Virus record (IMG/VR): IMGVR_UViG_3300044878_000031
Coordinates: 32,001 to 96,000 of that record
DNA length: 64,000 nt
From: a virus
Direction: 5' to 3' (one strand)
Shown piece by piece: positions 34,670-44,457 of this stretch (position 1 is the stretch's first letter; every line of letters begins with the position of its first letter). The notes under the pieces were generated by a model. It saw only the letters and a list, made by a program, of their open reading frames with translations. It searched no databases and was not told the DNA's origin. The position numbers and the translations under genes are program-made.

Positions 34670-35579
34670 GTAAGGCCTCGATCAGACGTGAGAGGTTCAG
34701 GATGAAGGACTTGCCTGCACCACTGCGGTCCGCTTGCAGTACAACCTTAGCCACACCAGAGTTACGGTAGCTACGATCGAGCAGGGACATATACACCATC
34801 GCCAAGAAGGTCGGCAGGTGTTCCAGTGCTACAGCCATGGTCTCTTTGTTGTTGAGACCGAACCAACCACCGCCCACCAGTGCGTACACCAGACGGACGT
34901 CCATATCGTTGGCACGTTTGCTGTTGAGGACTTCCTTCAGAACTTGCAGGTAGTCGTCAATGCTTTCCATGTGACGCAGAGCGCCAGCATGTTGGAAGAT
35001 CACATCGGCTGGGATCTTGGTCGCACGAGCCACTTTCAGAGAGATGCGTTGCAGCTCACGCTCTTCGAACGGGCCTTCAGTCGGCTCTTGGAAATGGCAG
35101 ATGTACCAGACCGCACTGACCATGGTGATCAGCATTTGTTCTTGTGGACTGAACATCAACTGACGTGTGATCTTCTCACCCAGGAAGCGAGAGAATACAG
35201 TCAGAGGTAAGTCGCCCAGGCCAGCCATATCAGCCAGACCGTTTTGTTTGGCGTACAGCGTCAGAGCACCACGAACCACGTTGAAGGTGTATTCAGCGTA
35301 GTTGGACGGAGTCAGTGGCTCGCCTTTTGGACCACGGGCATAACCGCGACTATCGAGAACCACCAGCTCACTACCCGACCGATCTTTGAAGAACAGTGGA
35401 TGTGCGAACGGCGGTACTTCTTTGTTCTCAGGACGGATACCATACAGCCCTGGAACCATCTTCCCGTTCATCGCCATCGGCGCCAGATCGCCTTCAATAT
35501 CAGCCAGGGACAGAGCCTTGGTAATCCCGCCCATCTGGTATCCAGCGCAGGTTTTAGTTTCGTACGGAGAAATCTTCAT
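34662..35579 (-). CDS. Conserved core protein (phiKZ gp28-like)
   Basis: SPYET N-terminus, PPFAHP and ALEHLPTF motifs; divergent from the sheath gene. Confidence 0.7.
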   Translation of the reverse strand: MKISPYETKTCAGYQMGGITKALSLADIEGDLAPMAMNGKMVPGLYGIRPENKEVPPFAHPLFFKDRSGSELVVLDSRGYARGPKGEPLTPSNYAEYTFNVVRGALTLYAKQNGLADMAGLGDLPLTVFSRFLGEKITRQLMFSPQEQMLITMVSAVWYICHFQEPTEGPFEERELQRISLKVARATKIPADVIFQHAGALRHMESIDDYLQVLKEVLNSKRANDMDVRLVYALVGGGWFGLNNKETMAVALEHLPTFLAMVYMSLLDRSYRNSGVAKVVLQADRSGAGKSFILNLSRLIEALHV

Positions 35580-35787
35580 TCGCTCAGGTCCCCTCGAAGG
35601 TTGTTGTAAAAGTTTACAAAACCGACATATGTACTTTCCAACATGGATAGTATGATGTATTACATCGGTTTACGGCAACTATACCATTCAAGTCAATTCT
35701 CCCATGAAAGGACCATGGCCTTAAGTGACGAGAGACTGGTTTGGGTACCCAAGCGGTAATTTAGATAGATCTATCACAGGAGCTGTT

Positions 35788-37848
35788 ATGATCAATATCA
35801 GAAACGGTGCTCCTCGTTCAATCCTGTTGGGCATCAAAGACGAGAGTGGTCGCGCTCCGGTAATCTCACCGGAACTGATCCCGTCTCACTTGCCGCACGT
35901 GTTCGTCTTTGCCGAACGCGGGCCGCTTCTGCCGCAACTGGTTGTCGGGGACAGCCTTCTCACCACGTACGGGGCTAAGTCTTTCGACTACCGTTCCAAG
36001 TTTGCAAACCACCAGACCGTGCTGGTCAACACCGTAAATGGTGAAGCCAACAGCATGATGGTTCAACGGTTGGTTCCAGACGACGCCAAGACTGCCACCC
36101 TGGTATTCTGGCTGGACACGGTTGCTGACGATGTCACCGATTACGAACGTAACACGGACCTCTCGTTCAAGCTCTCCGAGCTGAGCGTGAAGATTCCGAA
36201 GCAGACTAAGATCTCGGGCCACCGTGCTCGTTGGGTCGCAGAGCTGCTGCCGGAAGACACCGAGTTGGGCGCTCTCGATCCGAAGGTAGGTTCTATCACT
36301 GCCGAGAAAGACAGCACTCAGTCGCAGATGTATCCGATCCATGCGTTCAAGGTTTCTTCTCCAGGCGGCTTCGGCAACCTGGTAGGTATCCGCCTTTCTG
36401 CTCCGACTACCGAGTCGAGCACTCCGATCGACGATGTCACCGCAGAAGAAGCGAAAGCTCAACTGTACCGCATCGCGTTCGTGGAACGTCCAGACGAGTT
36501 CAGCACCCCACTGGTCAAAGAGACCATCATGGGCGAGCAGTTCGTTGACTTCGCTTATAAGGAAGGTGTGATCAACACCCGTACTGACAGCGTTGTTTCT
36601 GCCAACGACGTTCTGTTGCAGGCCTGGAATGCTCCGGCCATCAATGGTATCCCACCGACCATCGGTGTGATCGACCAAATGCACGTCTACCAGGAAAACA
36701 TTGAGTTGCTCCTGGCCAAGTTCCAAGAGACCGAGTCCGAATACGACCTGATCTCTGCTGACGCGGAAGACCTGCACCTGTTCAACTTCATCGGTGCGAC
36801 CACCCTGAACAACGTTCCGTACTACTCGTACGTTGTTGAAGGTCCGCAATCCGGTGGCGTACTGATGTCGGAAACGGCCACTCATTACGCTAAAGGCGGT
36901 GCAGACGGTACCCTGAGCTTCGAGAACTTCGACAAGCTCGTGGCTGCTGCTGTATCCAACTACGGCGACGTTGCTGGTTTCGATTTCCTCGATACCGCAA
37001 TCTACCCGCAGTCCTGCATCTACGACACCGGCTTCACCTTGGATACCAAGAAGAAGCTGTTGACCGTTCTGGGCAAGCGTAAAGACATGTACGTTGTACT
37101 GTCGACCCAAGACGTATCGGCGAAGCAGAACACCCCATCGGAAGAGTCCAGCATCGCGATCTCCTTGCGTACTGCTGCTCGCATGTATCCTGAATCCGAA
37201 GTCTTCGGTACGCCGGTTTGCCGTGCTATCGTTATCGGTCACTCGGGCTACCTGATCAACTCCAAGTGGACCAAACTGACCCCGCTGACCATCGAGTTCG
37301 CGGCTAAGTCTGCCCGCTACATGGGTGCAGGTAACGGCATCTGGAAGTCGGCTCAGTCCTTCTCCATCTCGCCGTCCAACCAGGTTACCATGTTCCGCAA
37401 CGTAAACGCTTCCTTCAAGAAGGTTGAAGTGCGTTCGCAGGACTGGGACAACGGCCTGGTATGGGTACAGAACTACGACCGTCGTAGCCTGTTCTTCCCA
37501 GCGTTCCAAACCGTTTACGATGACGATTCCTCGATCCTGAACAGCTTCTTCAACATGGCTATCGCCGTGGAGCTGGAAAAGATCGCAGACCGCGCCTGGC
37601 GTGATCTGACCGGCATCGACGGTCTGACGCCTGGTCAGTTCCGTGCACGTAGTGACCGTCTGATCACTGCTGCCGCTGCTGGCCGCTTTGATGGCCGCGT
37701 TCAGATTCAGGTTGAAACTGTTCTGACCGCTGCTGACACTCAACGTGGCTATAGCTGGAGCTGCAACATCACCATGTATGGTAACAACATGATGACTGTC
37801 GGCACCTTCACTATCATCGCCCGCCGTCAAGAGGATCTGCAACAATGA
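35788..37848 (+). CDS. Tail sheath protein (phiKZ gp29-like)
   Basis: ~686 aa, strong codon bias, PSHLP and YDTGF motifs; start ATG 35788 with AGGAG RBS; coupled to the tube gene. Confidence 0.88.
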   Translation: MINIRNGAPRSILLGIKDESGRAPVISPELIPSHLPHVFVFAERGPLLPQLVVGDSLLTTYGAKSFDYRSKFANHQTVLVNTVNGEANSMMVQRLVPDDAKTATLVFWLDTVADDVTDYERNTDLSFKLSELSVKIPKQTKISGHRARWVAELLPEDTELGALDPKVGSITAEKDSTQSQMYPIHAFKVSSPGGFGNLVGIRLSAPTTESSTPIDDVTAEEAKAQLYRIAFVERPDEFSTPLVKETIMGEQFVDFAYKEGVINTRTDSVVSANDVLLQAWNAPAINGIPPTIGVIDQMHVYQENIELLLAKFQETESEYDLISADAEDLHLFNFIGATTLNNVPYYSYVVEGPQSGGVLMSETATHYAKGGADGTLSFENFDKLVAAAVSNYGDVAGFDFLDTAIYPQSCIYDTGFTLDTKKKLLTVLGKRKDMYVVLSTQDVSAKQNTPSEESSIAISLRTAARMYPESEVFGTPVCRAIVIGHSGYLINSKWTKLTPLTIEFAAKSARYMGAGNGIWKSAQSFSISPSNQVTMFRNVNASFKKVEVRSQDWDNGLVWVQNYDRRSLFFPAFQTVYDDDSSILNSFFNMAIAVELEKIADRAWRDLTGIDGLTPGQFRARSDRLITAAAAGRFDGRVQIQVETVLTAADTQRGYSWSCNITMYGNNMMTVGTFTIIARRQEDLQQ

Positions 37849-38702
37849 GTCGCTTAGCCGATACGGTCCTTGACAACAAAGCGTACAACCAGTACGGTCG
37901 TTCCGCCATGGTCGACATCCGCAAGGGTGGTCAAAATGGCGTGGCTCCAGACTACGCAGCCTACGTAAGTAGCGCTGCTTACGTCCGCCGTAACGTTATC
38001 GCTATCCTCATCGAAGCCCCACGTGGGTTCCAAGATCTGGAGAACCCTGATTACTGGGTCTCCACTCTGAAGAACCTGGTGGAGCTGGCACCTAAGACTA
38101 TCGAGGGTCTGTCTCAGACTCTGACTGTCGAGCACATCGAAAACCCATTCGGTGGTGCTGGTGAGGTTCAGCAGGACATCTCCAACGTTACGCGTCAGCG
38201 TTCTGCTCCACAGTTCACCTGGAACGAGAAGTACGGTAAAGCCGTTGCTTCCTTCCTGAACGGTTGGGTACTGAACCTGATCATGGACCCGGAGACCAAG
38301 TACCCGCGCGTTGTCAAGAACTCTGACAAGCCAACGGACTTGCTCCCTGACTACACCGGCATGACGGTGTTGTTCATCGAGCCGGACCCAACCCACACCA
38401 AGGTGATCACTGCCTGGCTGTCGACCAACATGCGCCCAACCGGCACTGTTGCGGAGATCTCCGGTAACCGTGACATCACTGCGGCCCTGCAAGGCGCCGA
38501 CTACTCCGTTGAGTTCACTGCACTGACCCAAATCGGTGAAGGCGTGAACAACTTCGCTCAGGAAATCTTGGACAACATGACCCTGACCGGAGCCAACCCT
38601 AACCTGCAAGAAGCGTTCGTTCGTGAGATCGACGCCGACGTACAGGCTGGTGAGAGTGGTTATGGCAACCAGATCGAGAAGATGGCTAACGCCACCGTCT
38701 AA
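37845..38702 (+). CDS. Tail tube / major virion protein (phiKZ gp30-like)
   Basis: 285 aa directly after the sheath; EKYG and LFIEPDP motifs. Confidence 0.85.
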   Translation: MSRLADTVLDNKAYNQYGRSAMVDIRKGGQNGVAPDYAAYVSSAAYVRRNVIAILIEAPRGFQDLENPDYWVSTLKNLVELAPKTIEGLSQTLTVEHIENPFGGAGEVQQDISNVTRQRSAPQFTWNEKYGKAVASFLNGWVLNLIMDPETKYPRVVKNSDKPTDLLPDYTGMTVLFIEPDPTHTKVITAWLSTNMRPTGTVAEISGNRDITAALQGADYSVEFTALTQIGEGVNNFAQEILDNMTLTGANPNLQEAFVREIDADVQAGESGYGNQIEKMANATV

Positions 38703-38713
38703 GTCTGATCGTA

Positions 38714-38748
38714 GGACGGGGGCCTTCGGGCTCCCGTTTTATGCCGTA
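38714..38748 (+). terminator. Intrinsic terminator
   Basis: ACGGGGGCC-TTCG-GGCTCCCGT followed by TTTATGCCG. Confidence 0.85.
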
Positions 38749-38798
38749 TCTGATGAGAGTTTTTAAGCTCACGGGACTAACCTTCAAGGAATCTAATC

Positions 38799-40055
38799 AT
38801 GCTGCAACAATACATGGAGCCCGAAGCTCCTAAGGTGGGGAACTGGTCCCTCGAGTCGATGATCAGCCAAATCGAATTCGGTGATGCCCGTCTCGACCGT
38901 TTCGAAAAGCTGTGCGCCACCATGGAAGCTGTGGACGACATCATCAATGACATCGAAACTCTGGTAGAGAATGGCGACGCCAACCAAACTACCGCCCTGA
39001 TGATCCGTGAACGTATCCAGGCTGTGGAAGAAGATACCGGTATGCGTGCCGAGATCCCTTCGCTGGAAGACCACGGCGACGACATGATCGCTTACCACCA
39101 GATCTCCATGGAAGCGGTGTCTGGTTTCTGGAACCGTATCAAGCAAGTGTACGTGTCAGACTTCCAATCGTTCATCGACGGCTGGGCTACCCTGTTCACG
39201 GGCTACCGTCGTTGGGGCCTGAAGCAACAAGGTCGTATCCACGGTCTGCGTCAAGAGTGGGCTGACAAGAAGCCTAGTCTGAACGAACAGCGTCACAAAG
39301 GTTCTCTGGCTGGTCAAGCGGTGTTCATGCCGTTTACTGTGGATGGTCGTCTGTCCAAGCACCCAGTGAAAGACATGACCGAGGACAACAAGACTGCACG
39401 TTACCTGTCCACGGACTATCCGAAAGCTCTGGCCATGTACGTTGAGAAAGTTCGTAGCATTCTCAACAGCGCCAAGTTCGATTCGGACGAGTCGTTCAAG
39501 AAGTCGTTGATCGACAAGCTGGCTATGCTGGAACACCCATCGACTATCCTGAAGTCCCCAATCATCGGTCAAGGTAGCGTCCTGCTACACAACACCGGTC
39601 TGGAGATCAAGAAAGGTCGTTCGGTGAAACCTGTGGCCAGTGAGCCTGGTTACAAGAAACTGGCTGACCTGTCCGTACAGACTCACGTCAAAGAGTTCAT
39701 CTTCTCCTGGTCGATGCTCAACGCCGGTATCCTGGAAGACTTCTACCTGACTACTGATGAAGTCGACAAGTTGCTGGATCTGTCGGAGAACTACGCCAAG
39801 TACCTGGTTAACTGCGCTGAGACCTTCCGTCCGTTGCAGAAAGCCATGAAGGGTATGGCTGACTACGCCAAGAAGTCCAACGACGTAGATCACCTGAGCG
39901 ACGTGAACCGCCGTGCCTTCCGTCAAGTCATCAGCTTCTGCCGTGGCCTGACCCGTTACGCCAAGACGCCTTACCGCGTTGAGATCGGTCGTATCCAGTC
40001 GGTGTGTATTGCTTCGCGCATTATCGCCAGCCGGACTATCGCTACTGCAAAGTGA
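38799..40055 (+). CDS. Internal head protein with cleavable propeptide
   Basis: Acidic N-terminal ~105 aa with SLE, SLE and SME prohead-protease motifs, then a basic helical domain. Confidence 0.7.
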   Translation: MLQQYMEPEAPKVGNWSLESMISQIEFGDARLDRFEKLCATMEAVDDIINDIETLVENGDANQTTALMIRERIQAVEEDTGMRAEIPSLEDHGDDMIAYHQISMEAVSGFWNRIKQVYVSDFQSFIDGWATLFTGYRRWGLKQQGRIHGLRQEWADKKPSLNEQRHKGSLAGQAVFMPFTVDGRLSKHPVKDMTEDNKTARYLSTDYPKALAMYVEKVRSILNSAKFDSDESFKKSLIDKLAMLEHPSTILKSPIIGQGSVLLHNTGLEIKKGRSVKPVASEPGYKKLADLSVQTHVKEFIFSWSMLNAGILEDFYLTTDEVDKLLDLSENYAKYLVNCAETFRPLQKAMKGMADYAKKSNDVDHLSDVNRRAFRQVISFCRGLTRYAKTPYRVEIGRIQSVCIASRIIASRTIATAK

Positions 40056-40098
40056 CGGCATAAAAGCAAAAAAAAGAGGGGGCCCGAAAGCCCTCTCT

Positions 40099-40482
40099 TT
40101 ATGCCGCTTGTTTCTGACGGTACTGCAACACCAAGTCGTGGATCGTGTTGAACAGGTCTAACTCGTTGAGGTAGTACTTGTCCAAGGAAAACGGATTGAT
40201 GTAGTTGTTCTTGAAAGCGTAGTCGTAGAACTGTTGATAGCACTGTACCTTGTCAGGCCAACGATCACTGAATGCGAGACACCACTGGAAGTAGAACACT
40301 ACCAATGGGTTACTGCCACACACTTGATGCACACGCATGGGTCTCAACTCTTTAGCGAACTCTTTCGTTAAAGCTTCGTACTCATTGCGTTCGGTAATGG
40401 ACTTCCCCCGAAGTTCCACTGCCTCGTAACTCAAGCCAATCATTACAGCCAACAACAATGTCCTATAACGTTCTACGTCCAT
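40099..40482 (-). CDS. Hypothetical protein
   Basis: 127-aa ORF in an operon. Confidence 0.72.
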   Translation of the reverse strand: MDVERYRTLLLAVMIGLSYEAVELRGKSITERNEYEALTKEFAKELRPMRVHQVCGSNPLVVFYFQWCLAFSDRWPDKVQCYQQFYDYAFKNNYINPFSLDKYYLNELDLFNTIHDLVLQYRQKQAA

Positions 40483-40506
40483 CTGTCCTGCCCCTAATGG
40501 TCCTAG

Positions 40507-40866
40507 TTATAACTCGCCCTTGTAGACGACCTCAGTGCCCCGCCACGCCCCGTAAGCAACTATCCGAGGCCAGAGTAGGTGTCGATGACAAAACACGCCA
40601 GCACGGCACATACAGGCCACAGCGACGCGATCCAATGTAATCACCCGCTCCCACTCTTCAGTGTGCTCGGAGATCTTGTCATCCAATATCTGGAGGTAAC
40701 GTTCTGTGTACTGTTCTTGTGTGAGACCTGAGTACTTGTACCCGTGGACGATGTCCTTGTTGGGTGAGAACGCTTGATTACCGTTACGCCATGTTGTATC
40801 GATCAGCTCAATACCAGCATCTCGGGCACGTCTCCACTGTCCCATTTGAATGGTGTAGATTTCCAT
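40507..40866 (-). CDS. DUF488-like protein
   Basis: IYT N-terminus and AxACxC...FCHR motif. Confidence 0.6.
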   Translation of the reverse strand: MEIYTIQMGQWRRARDAGIELIDTTWRNGNQAFSPNKDIVHGYKYSGLTQEQYTERYLQILDDKISEHTEEWERVITLDRVAVACMCRAGVFCHRHLLWPRIVAYGAWRGTEVVYKGEL

Positions 40867-40934
40867 ACCTGATCCCAAAAAAAAAGTGTCAGCATAAAAG
40901 CGGTAGGGTGTTACCCCTACCGCTCAGTTACTAC

Positions 40935-41843
40935 TTAGCCTTTGGCCAGTGCTTCACGGGCGCGCTCGTTGATGCTGTCACGCACCTTCTTCAGCGAGCC
41001 TTTGTTGGCATGGGCGTTCACGCCGAACTTCATGCTGATGATGCCGTACTTGGTAACGACCGCGTTCGGATCACGGGTTTCGCCTTCTTTCGGGATGCCG
41101 CCAGCAGGATAGTCCTTGCTGCGCTGGATGGTACCGGCCAGCGAGTCGGTGCCGCAACCGAACTCAACGCTCAGTTGTTCCAGCTTCTCGTCAGCCTTGA
41201 AGGCGTCGATGCCGACTTCGCCCAGAGCCAGGGCAGTAGCAGCAACCAGATCACCGACGTGGTTCTGGTAGGTTTTGACGGTTTCAGGGGTCAGCGTTTC
41301 CGGCAGGGTACGCTCGAAGAGACCGTCCTTGACTTCCACGATACCAGCTTCACCCAGGGTCAGATCAGCTTTGACGAGGGCAGCCAGATCCAGAACGTTC
41401 TTTTTGATGTCGGACATTTGCACGATTTCCTTGGTAATGAGTGTTGCAAGTTTATGGTGGGTATCTACATACCCTTGTTGAGCACAGTAATCTTTTACTG
41501 GCCGATTGATGTTTCTCTCGAAACTTTCGCGGGCGGCTTCAGCAGCCCTTACCGCGATTTCTTTGATCTCTTCCTCAGTCAACTCCCGAGGTTTCGGGAA
41601 GAAGTCCGGGTAAAGCTTTTCACTTACGCGACCACCAGGATAGACAGCTCGGATTGTTTCGGCGATGCCTTCAACGATCTCTGCTTGTGTGTCCCAGTCG
41701 ATGCACCCAAACCAACCGTCAAAACCTCCTCGGCCATTAAGTTCGGTGAGTACATCTTTTGCAGCCATGTTGGCAGGGTCACTTAAGTCGAGGGATTCAA
41801 TCGGATCAAGATCTTCTTCCTCGTTGTAAGCTGGACTAGACAT
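40935..41843 (-). CDS. Early hypothetical protein with a nested in-frame second start at 41417
   Basis: ATG 41843 with GGAG RBS; internal ATG 41417 with AAGGA RBS. Confidence 0.7.
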   Translation of the reverse strand: MSSPAYNEEEDLDPIESLDLSDPANMAAKDVLTELNGRGGFDGWFGCIDWDTQAEIVEGIAETIRAVYPGGRVSEKLYPDFFPKPRELTEEEIKEIAVRAAEAARESFERNINRPVKDYCAQQGYVDTHHKLATLITKEIVQMSDIKKNVLDLAALVKADLTLGEAGIVEVKDGLFERTLPETLTPETVKTYQNHVGDLVAATALALGEVGIDAFKADEKLEQLSVEFGCGTDSLAGTIQRSKDYPAGGIPKEGETRDPNAVVTKYGIISMKFGVNAHANKGSLKKVRDSINERAREALAKG

Positions 41844-41882
41844 GATGACTCCATAGTCAACAAACGATTCTAGCTTGTATTG

Positions 41883-41909
41883 CACTAGAGTAATATATAC
41901 CTCAGATTA
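41883..41909 (-). promoter_or_regulatory. Early promoter
   Basis: AATCTGAGGTA-TATATTAC-TCTAGTG on the minus strand. Confidence 0.78.
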
Positions 41910-42028
41910 CTTCGGATCGACTATCGCCAACGTCCACCGGGACGGGTAGTAACCTTTGGCCAGTAGTCAAAGCCTTCTGGTTTCTCAACAGGAGGCTCTG
42001 GGGGTTTCTCTGGAGGCTTACTCATGGG

Positions 42029-42388
42029 TCACGTGTCCTTAATGCCATTGAAGCGTGCACGTGGAACTGAGTGCAAAGGAGGTGGACGCTTCCTGACTGT
42101 AACAGTCTCAGGGATCTCCTCAGTACTCACCACATTGTTCTCCGCATCACAACGAATCAGTGTACGGGTCTTGGGGAAGATGTAAGCGCAAGGCCCACCC
42201 TTACCATCATCCAAACGAATACGGATCACCTCGTACGGTGTAGGGCCGATCCACAAGCCTGTGCCGTCGGTACTGCCGGTGAAGTTCGGTGGATAAGCAA
42301 ACCCACGTTCACGCATCACCAAACCGTAGTTGACCAACTCGTCCTTTACACGAAGCATCTCCAGTGAGACTTCTTCTGTATTATCCAT
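42029..42388 (-). CDS. Hypothetical protein
   Basis: GAGGAG RBS, 119 aa. Confidence 0.72.
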   Translation of the reverse strand: MDNTEEVSLEMLRVKDELVNYGLVMRERGFAYPPNFTGSTDGTGLWIGPTPYEVIRIRLDDGKGGPCAYIFPKTRTLIRCDAENNVVSTEEIPETVTVRKRPPPLHSVPRARFNGIKDT

Positions 42389-42596
42389 TCGCTGAACTCC
42401 TCATCAGTAACCAACCCAAGCCACGACGTACAGGTCGGAACCAGAGCACTAAGAACAAGAAGACGATTTGCAGGATTGTGATCACCAGACTGAGCTTGGC
42501 GAAACACAACACCAAGATGTCAACGGCGACGAAGCCTGCTAAGATGACAAACAAGAATTTTGAAATAGCTGTCTTGGTTTTGTTTTGGGTAGCCAC
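42381..42596 (-). CDS. Small membrane protein (2 predicted TM segments)
   Basis: Hydrophobic stretches with a basic C-terminus; AAGGA RBS. Confidence 0.6.
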   Translation of the reverse strand: MATQNKTKTAISKFLFVILAGFVAVDILVLCFAKLSLVITILQIVFLFLVLWFRPVRRGLGWLLMRSSANG

Positions 42597-42816
42597 GGAG
42601 TTTCCTTTGTCTTCTGATTACGTGGATGATTGCCAAGCCAATGCCGAGCACGAGTACGTAGACCATCTGTGCCAACATGATAGCAGTGTCCCACAGTAGG
42701 TACTGGCAGAGCACGAAGGAGAGAACCACATAGCCAATCGACGTCAGGAGGAGGAACCATCCTACGTTGGAAATCTCCAGCGTATAGGCCCAAGCATGTT
42801 TTAAGAAGTTACGCAT
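42520..42816 (-). CDS. Small membrane protein (2 predicted TM segments)
   Basis: Hydrophobic stretches then RRQRK; first gene after an early promoter. Confidence 0.65.
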   Translation of the reverse strand: MRNFLKHAWAYTLEISNVGWFLLLTSIGYVVLSFVLCQYLLWDTAIMLAQMVYVLVLGIGLAIIHVIRRQRKLRGYPKQNQDSYFKILVCHLSRLRRR

Positions 42817-42863
42817 GAATTCCCCCGAAAGATAAAAAGACTATTCTACAACTTTGTAGTTAT

Positions 42864-42890
42864 CACCTAAGTAATATATACTTCAAATTC
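42864..42890 (-). promoter_or_regulatory. Early promoter
   Basis: AATTTGAAGTA-TATATTAC-TTAGGTG on the minus strand. Confidence 0.78.
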
Positions 42891-42964
42891 TTTTTAACAC
42901 GATTCGTTTTAAGCGGCATAAAAGCCCCTAGGGATACACACCCTAGGGGTCTTATGCGATCACG

Positions 42965-43678
42965 TCACCAGCGAGCGCTAGGAGGCTCCTGACGGGACAA
43001 CAGATCAGCCGTGGAACCCTTGACCTTCTTCCATTCAGTGCTAGTCAGTTCTCGGAGGTTTTCAATCACCGCCTTATCCCAACCTTTCACCCAACGAGAG
43101 AATTCAAATGTCCAGTAGCCCTCAGTCAAGTACAACTCATGACTGAATCGAACTGTGGCACCCTTCGCAACTTCAAAGAACACCTCGATGGTTTTCTCAC
43201 CGACAGCGTTACGCTGATACTCACGGACTGAGCGGTAGAAGTACTTGCCGATAATCTCAGCCGGGTACTGCCACTTGTCAGGACCGTAAGGAACCAACCA
43301 ACGTTCGTCAGTAAAGTCTGCATCGTAGAGGATCTTGACATTAGGCTTGACAGAGACCTCGTTACGGAAACCGTAAACGTACCAGCCGTCCCGCCAACCT
43401 TTGTTAGAACGCCCATACTCCCAATCGTTGCGATCCTGTTGATAACCCAAGATGCAACCAAAGATAGTAGTTGCTACACTGACCCGAGGAACCGAACGGT
43501 CTTCCTTAGGTGCAGAGCGCTGCGTCAACGCCGGGACAAACTTCTTGATCCCTGGGTTTACAGAAATGTGGTACAACCATTCCTGCCCCAGTTCTTCAGG
43601 AGACACGATCGTACAGTTCTTACCGACACCATTACGGAACGAGTCGATGTACGACTTACAGGCTTCGACGTCTTCCAT
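42965..43678 (-). CDS. Conserved hypothetical protein downstream of the prohead protease
   Basis: 237 aa; YHIS...F.P...EDRSVPRVSVA...E.W pattern; ends PPSARW. Confidence 0.72.
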   Translation of the reverse strand: MEDVEACKSYIDSFRNGVGKNCTIVSPEELGQEWLYHISVNPGIKKFVPALTQRSAPKEDRSVPRVSVATTIFGCILGYQQDRNDWEYGRSNKGWRDGWYVYGFRNEVSVKPNVKILYDADFTDERWLVPYGPDKWQYPAEIIGKYFYRSVREYQRNAVGEKTIEVFFEVAKGATVRFSHELYLTEGYWTFEFSRWVKGWDKAVIENLRELTSTEWKKVKGSTADLLSRQEPPSARW

Positions 43679-43687
43679 ACCGCCCCC

Positions 43688-44452
43688 TTACCAGCGAGCA
43701 GAAGGTGGTAACACCAAACCAGCCGAACCAGTCTTCTTCCAACCGAAGTCGACAAAGATGGACTTGGCGCTAACACCGCCATTGGATTCCATCGACACAC
43801 CAGCACCCACACCGATGTCCAGTCCTTCGACGTGGTCACGGGTGAACTCGGTTTCCTGGAACGATTCCAGACCCGGAGCATTCCACTTACGTGCAATGTC
43901 AATACCCGGTTCGTTCACGTAGTCCCAAGTCACGATGGTACGAATGTGTTTAACCAGACGACCGCCTTCGATCTTGTCATCCGTCAAAGACCGTACAGAG
44001 AAGCACACGCTCTCGTTCGGGTTCTCGAGGGACTCACCCAGGGCTTGACCTTTCGGACCGCTAGGCTTGACATGACCGATCACAGCTACGACGCGATTAC
44101 CCGACTTGTCTTTGATCGCGTTCTGCTCTAACCGGACATCTTTGAAGTGGCAACATACGTTGTCTTCGTAGATAGTCGACACACGACGCAGGAAGCTGCG
44201 CATGTCTTGGTTAGGCAATTGTTTCGGGTGACCATACTCGCCACGGCAAGCACCGGTCTCAATCCGACGCATCAGGTTCGACGATTGCTCGAACAATGAC
44301 TTAGCCGAATTCATGGGGTAGAAAGCACCACCACTGTTGTAAGTGTCCAACCCACCCAGCACCAGCTCGTAGTAGCCGTCGCTATCAGGAGTCAACTTCC
44401 CTACTTTGTTGGTGCCGAGCAACGCGACACAACCATAACTCACACGTTCCAT
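43688..44452 (-). CDS. Prohead (head maturation) protease (phiKZ gp175-like)
   Basis: GEYGHP (His), FSVRS (Ser), TWDYVNEPG (Asp); C-terminal GLE/SME self-cleavage motifs. Confidence 0.9.
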   Translation of the reverse strand: MERVSYGCVALLGTNKVGKLTPDSDGYYELVLGGLDTYNSGGAFYPMNSAKSLFEQSSNLMRRIETGACRGEYGHPKQLPNQDMRSFLRRVSTIYEDNVCCHFKDVRLEQNAIKDKSGNRVVAVIGHVKPSGPKGQALGESLENPNESVCFSVRSLTDDKIEGGRLVKHIRTIVTWDYVNEPGIDIARKWNAPGLESFQETEFTRDHVEGLDIGVGAGVSMESNGGVSAKSIFVDFGWKKTGSAGLVLPPSARW

Positions 44453-44457
44453 AGCAC

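Noticed and set aside
42381-42816. Holin/antiholin call for two small membrane proteins
   Set aside because: They follow an early promoter and have no adjacent endolysin; hydrophobicity alone is not enough.
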